From NCBI RefSeq assembly GCF_006345805.1, contig NC_043018.1, positions 14,942,001 through 15,006,000 of the forward strand: a stretch of DNA of 64,000 bases. Reading direction: 5' to 3'. Shown here in pieces: positions 59,400 to 64,000 of this stretch. The notes under the pieces are model-generated. The model saw only the letters and a list, made by a program, of their open reading frames with translations. It ran no database searches and was not told where the DNA came from. The translations under genes and the position numbers were made by a program. Numbering within the stretch: position 1 is the first letter of the stretch; each line of letters opens with the position of its first letter. Source of the DNA: Octopus sinensis. Lineage: Eukaryota.

Positions 59400-62300
59400 T
59401 CACACACACACACACATGCACAGACACACACACACACTCATACATACACACTCACACACACATACACACACACACACACTCACACATACACACATCTTTG
59501 TGATGGAAGTCAGCTTGTTCAATCATTTGTTCATACACTCATACATATGTACATACAAACCTACATACAAGCATATATACAAACATACTTATATATGTAG
59601 ATATATACATATATACACATACATCATGATCGTCCTCATCATCATCGTTTAGCGTCCGCTTCCATGCTAGCATGGGTTGGACGGTTCAACTGGGGTCTGG
59701 GAAGCCAGAAGGCTGCACCAGGCCCAGTCTGATCTGGCAATGTTTATACGGCTGGATGCCCTTCCTAACGCCAAACATACATATATATTCATATATACAT
59801 GCATAAATACATAAATACACAAGTACACAAATGCAATGCCATCATACATATATATATATACTCGCCTGGCACCTGTGCAGGTGGCACGTAAAAAGCACCC
59901 ACTACACTCACGGAGTGGTTGGCGTTAGGAAGGGCATCCAGCTGTAGAAACACTGCCAGATAAGACTGGAGCCTGGTGCAGCCTTCTGGCTTCCCAGATC
60001 CCCGGTCGAACCGTCCAACCCATGCTAGCATGGAAAGCGGACGCTAAATGATGATGATGATGATGATGATGATAAGGGCTGCAACTCAATTTCAAACAAA
60101 ACCATTGCTTGATTGTTCTCATAAAGCAGCATGAGCATGACTTTTCAGTCCTGCTGGGGACCAACACTCTTTTGCTCAAATGTGGCAATGATGGGCGCCT
60201 CTTGCAACAGGTGTTCAGAAAGTTACCAAATTACGGAATTTTTCATGGAGTATTTTATTTTCTTCAACTCTGGTCAGCCATAGTATGCAATGTATACATA
60301 ATATAGATGTTAAAAATCAAGTGATGACTCTGCCTGAAGCTTATTAAAGGCAGAAAAGGTCTTACACAGGGTCAATCCTACTCTCTATACAAAATATACA
60401 TTTTTTCAAAGTGGAGCACGAGTCTACATCATTTGATGCAAACGAAATTGCAGGTGTAACACCAGAAGTTTCCTTCTTGAGAAATGTCTAAACAAAGACT
60501 AGGGATTTCTCATTCTCAATTGGCTCAAAGGAGCTTGTCCATTTTTTTTTTGGTAGGGTTTGTTTTTGGTCCTGCTGAGTTTTCAATGAAACCACCCTCC
60601 TTATCAAGCAGTCCTGGTAGTGTTGCCGGTTTAGTAAATGATGGCCTAATCATGCAACAAATCGTACTAGGTTACATGTTACTAGTAGCACTAAGAATGA
60701 CCCGAGATACTTACATACATACTTCCAGTCATCGATCTGTACATATATATTTCCATCCGTCCATCCATCCATCTATACATGCATACATACATATATATAT
60801 TTCTTTACTAACCACAAGGGGCTAAACATAGAGGGGACAAACAAGGACAGACAAAGAGATTAAGTCGATTACATCGACCCCAGTGCGTATATCCACCCCG
60901 AAAGGATGAAAGGCAAAGTCGATCTTGGCGGAATTTGAACTCGGAACATAACAACAGATGAAATACGGCTACGCATTGCGCCCGGCGTGCTAATGTTTCT
61001 GCCAGCTCGCCGCCTTTATATACATACATATATATTTCCATTCATCCATCCATCTATACATACATACATATATACAATACATACATACAGCTGACATAGG
61101 AATGAAATTTGGCCAAAAATGTTTGTATATGTTGCATGTTTAAAAGCAGTTCCTCAATACCAGAGCCTGTCCCTCAATAGTCTCTCTGTCTCTCCTGTCC
61201 CCAACTAAGAATGCTCCAAAAACCAAAGCATTGGTGAAATTATATCACATGAAGAAGGTACTGTGAATAAAAATAGTGACCCAAGAATATTATACCATAC
61301 TTTGGAAAACATAGCAGTTGGAACTCTGCACTTGCAGTACTAGTGTTGATTCCCTCGTTCGGGATACTCGACTGACTTTTGAAAAAATCCACTCCATTGA
61401 CCTTAAAACCTGTAAAATCCCGACATCAACAGGAAACTTCCAGAGAAACAATGATGTCGACAGGCTCTACTCGAGATGAAGGAAGTGGAGACTTGAGATC
61501 TGCGCAGACAGCCTTTGAATATTGCATTGTTTCTCTCTCTCAGACGGGCACCTGCTAAACAAGTGTAACAAATACATAGACCTAATGCTGAGACCATCCT
61601 AGTGTCAGAAGTGGGCTCCTCAGGAAGTACTCTTCCACTGATGACCACCATACAACCCCCAAAACAGCAGGCCTAACATATTTCAAAGAAGAACAGCATA
61701 CCAAAAAAACCCCAAAAAACCCAAAAGAGACTATGCACGAAGAATACAGTAAGGTCAGTATGAGATGCAGCTGCTCTTGAACTCGTGACCACTAAATCAT
61801 ATCACACTTTGAAGGCTATGCATTTGTGATCCAAGCGCAGGAGCTTGCAACAAAATATATCCAGTTAATGAAAGAGACAGTGACACCCTTGGATCCCAGA
61901 TTATAACCGAAAATGTAGATTATGTCCTGTTTCTGGGGATGACATCACACGTAAATTGGCAGTTACCGAAAAATGTTATCAAGGTGCTACTTCTCTAGGC
62001 AACATGACATTGTTGCTAAAACAATATACATTGGGATTCCAAGAAAAAAAAAAAACCAAAAAAACAAACATCCCCTGAAATGAATATAGAGAACCTTTTG
62101 GTTATTGAATACATAAATGAACATCAACAATCAGCACAGGGAATGTTGGTGGACACTTGTCTTGAAACTTCTGCAAAGTGTAAACAGCAGATTGGTTATT
62201 GGTGTTTGGGATAGGCAGGTGCAGACATGCCTATATGGTAAGAAGCTTGCTTCCCAACCACATGGTTCCGGGTTCAGTCCCACTGCATGGCACCTTGGGC

Positions 62301-63275
62301 AAGTGTCTTCTACTATAGCCTAGAGCTGACCAAAGCCTTGTGAGTGGATATAGTAGGTGGAAACTGAAAGAAGCCTACTATATATATATATATATAAATG
62401 CCGGAGTAAGCACATAAATGTGAAACAAGGTGGAAGAAAAGAGTACTCAAATACCAGAGGTAGAGTAATATGCTTTATTTAAAGGCACCAGAAATATAAC
62501 AAAAGCTGTTACTCAGAGTTTCACATTCCCATTCATCGGACAGTTTTGTTAATATATATATAACGTGTGTGTGTGTGTGTTTGTGCTGTGTTAGTCCCCC
62601 ACCATTAATCTTGATGTGTTTACGTCCCCGTAACTTAATGGTTTGGCAGAAGTGATGGATAGAATAAGCACCAGGCTTACAACGAATAAGCCCAGAGGTC
62701 GATTTCTTTGACTAAAAGGTGGTGCTCCAGCATGGCCACAGTCAAATGACTGTAACAAGTAAAAGAGTGAAAAGAGAGAGACAAGAAAAAGTATGTACCG
62801 TCTTAGAGTTCAGCTGCCCTGCTGATGTGAATACCGTTTTGAAAATCAAAGAGAAAGAAGATAACAATCTATGGACAACTGTTCTGAAACCTCCAGCTTC
62901 TATATCTGGATTACAAATTCACATTTATACCAATAATAATTGGTACTCTTGGTTTTGTTAGTAAATGCTTGTGTGACAATGTGTCAAAGCCCAGGACAAA
63001 CATCATGATAAAGGACACAATACTTACATCAGCCTTGCCTTTGCTTTTCTCAGCACTGTTCGAATCAGTGTTAACAGGACAAATATCATCCTCGAGTTCG
63101 GTAGATGTGTCGTTGAATGTGGTGTTGTAGGGGTTTGCTGAAGTTCCAAGGAGAGCCGTGTGGTTCACCATACACACCACGGCCACAGACATGTTCACAC
63201 GAATTGTGTAAATGTTTACAAATCCCAAGAATCCTAGAATGGCCAACAGGAAGCGGTAGGATGTCCAAAATGGAA
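33580..63275 (-). CDS. SLC17A5-like: SLC17/ACS-family MFS anion transporter (sialin-like), 5'-incomplete; join(63028-63275,54371-54604,46529-46616,43802-43897,42078-42214,37268-37417,35635-35767,34231-34472,33580-33768)
   Basis: Nine exons, all GT-AG, with matching phases (1,0,0,1,1,0,0,1,0); 1517 nt including the TGA. Family motifs: [87 protein letters not shown]. Orthology within SLC17 is not established. Confidence 0.95.
34231..34472 (-). CDS. SLC17A5-like: SLC17 exon ([17 protein letters not shown]...[38 protein letters not shown])
   Basis: Acceptor ttccag, donor GTAAGTA, 242 nt. Confidence 0.95.
35635..35767 (-). CDS. SLC17A5-like: SLC17 exon ([45 protein letters not shown])
   Basis: Acceptor ttgcag, donor GTAACA, 133 nt. 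Confidence 0.94.
36872..37150 (+). mobile_element. tRNA-headed SINE family C. Related heads at about 5805-6110 and 10684-10870 (+); another family at 20360-20667 and 39840-40070 (-)
   Basis: ggaggcacatggcctagtggttagagcag...ggttcgaatc, A and B boxes followed by non-tRNA body. Confidence 0.7.
37268..37417 (-). CDS. SLC17A5-like: SLC17 exon: TM7 ([50 protein letters not shown])
   Basis: Acceptor tttcag, donor GTAAGTT, 150 nt. Confidence 0.95.
37460..38627. mobile_element. piggyBac-type MITE containing a 106-bp tandem array
   Basis: TTAA on both sides; perfect 12-bp TIR CCCTTTCGTTAC/GTAACGAAAGGG. Confidence 0.85.
37488..38532. repeat. Minisatellite, 10 units of about 103-106 bp
   Basis: Unit starts at about 37488, 37594, 37697, 37802, 37906, 38012, 38117, 38222, 38328, 38434. 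Confidence 0.95.
39330..39718 (+). mobile_element. Full-length tRNA-headed SINE family A (CORE-like domain). Other copies at about 35993-36380(+), 14265-14661(-), 48110-48508(-), 53115-53541(-), 31505-32185(-), 50989-51308(+), 62213-62775(+); partials at 378-585, 1255-1480, 5123-5275, 5590-5765, 16390-16530, 24288-24395, 33855-34017, 45016-45401
   Basis: ggagtggctgtgtgg head, ggttcagtcc B-box-like motif, ccttgggcaagtgtc CORE-like motif, (gtaaaaga)n tail. Confidence 0.85.
40579..40799. mobile_element. piggyBac-type MITE, family 2
   Basis: TTAA-CCCATTAG...CTAAAGGG-TTAG; a third decayed copy lies near 27230-27459. Confidence 0.7.
42078..42214 (-). CDS. SLC17A5-like: SLC17 exon ([46 protein letters not shown])
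   Basis: Acceptor aaacag, weaker donor GTATTC, 137 nt; the phase fits both neighbours. Confidence 0.9.
43802..43897 (-). CDS. SLC17A5-like: SLC17 exon ([33 protein letters not shown])
   Basis: Translated by hand; acceptor tttcag, donor GTAAGTC, 96 nt, phase 1/1. Confidence 0.94.
46050..46275 (-). mobile_element. 3' end of the second RTE-like LINE family
   Basis: [30 protein letters not shown]...VSTTVEQ. Confidence 0.75.
46529..46616 (-). CDS. SLC17A5-like: SLC17 exon ([30 protein letters not shown])
   Basis: Translated by hand (not in the ORF track); acceptor tttgtag, donor GTAAGTG, 88 nt. Confidence 0.95.
51370..51827 (+). mobile_element. RTE-3'UTR/(GAT)n-tail family copy. Other copies at about 5340-5547(+), 17890-18105(-), 38925-39270(+), 42510-42740(-), 47420-47530(-), 59641-59774(-), 59864-60072(+)
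   Basis: Shared gagtggttggcgttaggaagggcatccagc...catgctagcatgg..cggacgttaaa(cgat)(gat)n. Confidence 0.85.
51952..52905. repeat. (CTA/CTG)n tract (to about 52436) followed by a (GTA/ATA)n tract (from about 52550)
   Basis: Directly visible trinucleotide arrays. Confidence 0.95.
53570..53900 (+). mobile_element. Tc1/mariner transposase N-terminal HTH remnant
   Basis: TVQRIRK...[48 protein letters not shown]. Confidence 0.75.
53903..54266 (+). mobile_element. 3' end of the second RTE-like LINE family (near-identical to 6660-7068)
   Basis: ORF 53900-54259 has the same peptide; tail gatgatg. Confidence 0.8.
54371..54604 (-). CDS. SLC17A5-like: SLC17 exon: TM2-TM4 ([22 protein letters not shown]...LRILIGMTT)
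   Basis: Acceptor ttccag, donor GTAAGTT, 234 nt, phase 0/0. Confidence 0.95.
56667..56792 (-). mobile_element. Ty3/Gypsy integrase C-terminal GPY/F remnant
   Basis: [14 protein letters not shown]...[17 protein letters not shown] matches the YxGPF...VSxxRLKxA pattern. Confidence 0.65.
56884..58087 (+). repeat. Minisatellite, 18 units of 66-67 bp, inside an RTE-3'UTR-family element (about 56810-58330)
   Basis: Unit ccatgctggtggcatgtaaaagcaccatccaaacgtggtcaatgccaagccaccccctgactggctt, with degenerate units on both sides. Confidence 0.95.
58490..58710. mobile_element. piggyBac-type MITE, single-unit copy of the 37460 family
   Basis: TTAA flanks at 58486-58489 and 58711-58714; same TIR with one mismatch; same internal sequence. 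Confidence 0.85.
61209..62030 (+). mobile_element. Degenerate R4/Dong-like (RLE clade) non-LTR ORF remnant: post-RT region plus CCHC knuckle
   Basis: Hand translation across frameshifts: [56 protein letters not shown]..., HDIVAKTIY. Confidence 0.65.
62506..62543 (-). ncRNA. Minimal hammerhead-like motif, degenerate
   Basis: CUGU-CCGAUGA-AUG-GGAA-UGU-GAAAC-UCUGA-GUA/ACAG; core has U4C. Confidence 0.5.
63028..63275 (-). CDS. SLC17A5-like: SLC17 exon: TM1 plus glycosylated luminal loop ([39 protein letters not shown]...KGKAD)
   Basis: Acceptor ttccag ends at 63276, donor GTAAGTA starts at 63027; sequons NHT, NTT, NDT. Confidence 0.93.
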
Positions 63276-63509
63276 CTGGAAACAAAGAAAAACAAAAAAA
63301 AATAAAGATGAAGAATTAAAGAAATTAATGAAGATTAAAATGAAATCATTTAAGTTTGTATGAAAGGTTGTAAATCAAACAGAAAGAGAAATGGGTGATG
63401 AGTGATGAAAGGGTGATGAAAGAGTGATGAAAGAATGATGAAATGGTGATGAGTGGTGAAATAAGGAAGGTGGCTAGGAAAGAAGTTGAGCATTATTTGC
63501 ATTCAACGT

Positions 63510-63825
63510 GGGCATATAGCATAGTGGTTAAGAGCGCAGGCTACTAACCCCAAGATTCCGAGTTCGATTCCAAGCAGTGACCTGAACAACAACAACAACA
63601 ACAATAATAATAATAATAATAATAATAACAACAACGACAACAATAACATCGAAAATACCATAGGAATGAGAACCCAGGTTCAAAATTTCTGCAAGACACC
63701 TGATGAAGGCTGGAGGGTATATCAGCCGAAATGTTGTGTTAACAACAAACAAGATGAGGACAAATATATGTCGAATGTAAATAATGTAAATAATTCCTCA
63801 TCTCTTAAATATAGAACTGAAAGAA
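63510..63825 (+). mobile_element. tRNA-headed SINE with (AAC/AAT)n linker and hammerhead-containing tail
   Basis: A box TAGCATAGTGG at 63517-63527, B box GTTCGATTCC at 63562-63571; the 3' boundary is approximate. Confidence 0.65.
63695..63740 (+). ncRNA. Minimal hammerhead-like motif in a SINE tail
   Basis: GACAC-CUGAUGA-A-GGCUG..CAGCC-GAAA-U-GUU/GUGUU; helix III is probably CpG-decayed from ACGU. Confidence 0.6.
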
Positions 63826-64000
63826 GTTGAGATTTATAAATTATATTTTAATGGCTTAATCAGAAACTGAAGAATAGCAGGGATGGGGGTGGGGGTGGGG
63901 GTGGGGGGAAGTCTAGAATTTTCCTCGGGCTGCAATGAAATGGACCCTACTAAAAACATCCAACAATCAAATTTTCATGCTAAACTGAACAATTGATTAA

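Overview
AT-rich, microsatellite- and retroposon-dense animal DNA. The repeat families and (TA)n load look like an octopus or other coleoid cephalopod; this is recall-based inference, not a search result. One gene is well supported: a minus-strand SLC17 (MFS anion:cation symporter, sialin-like) transporter. Nine GT-AG exons (63275 to 33580) join into one open frame of about 505 codons; the start exon was not found in the window. No coding exons were found in 1-33.5 kb. The rest is tRNA-headed SINEs, RTE and R4/Dong-like non-LTR fragments, a mariner and a Gypsy remnant, TTAA-flanked piggyBac-type MITEs, two minisatellites amplified inside mobile elements, and many fold-back inverted repeats. 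The main unexpected signal is a set of type I hammerhead-ribozyme motifs with palindromic helix III in several unrelated repeat families, most beside (TA)n tracts. One has a fully canonical core and lies sense-strand about 1.2 kb past the SLC17 stop, inside a fold-back that could block it. Another is the tail of a tRNA-headed SINE. All ribozyme calls come from manual base-pairing; activity is untested.
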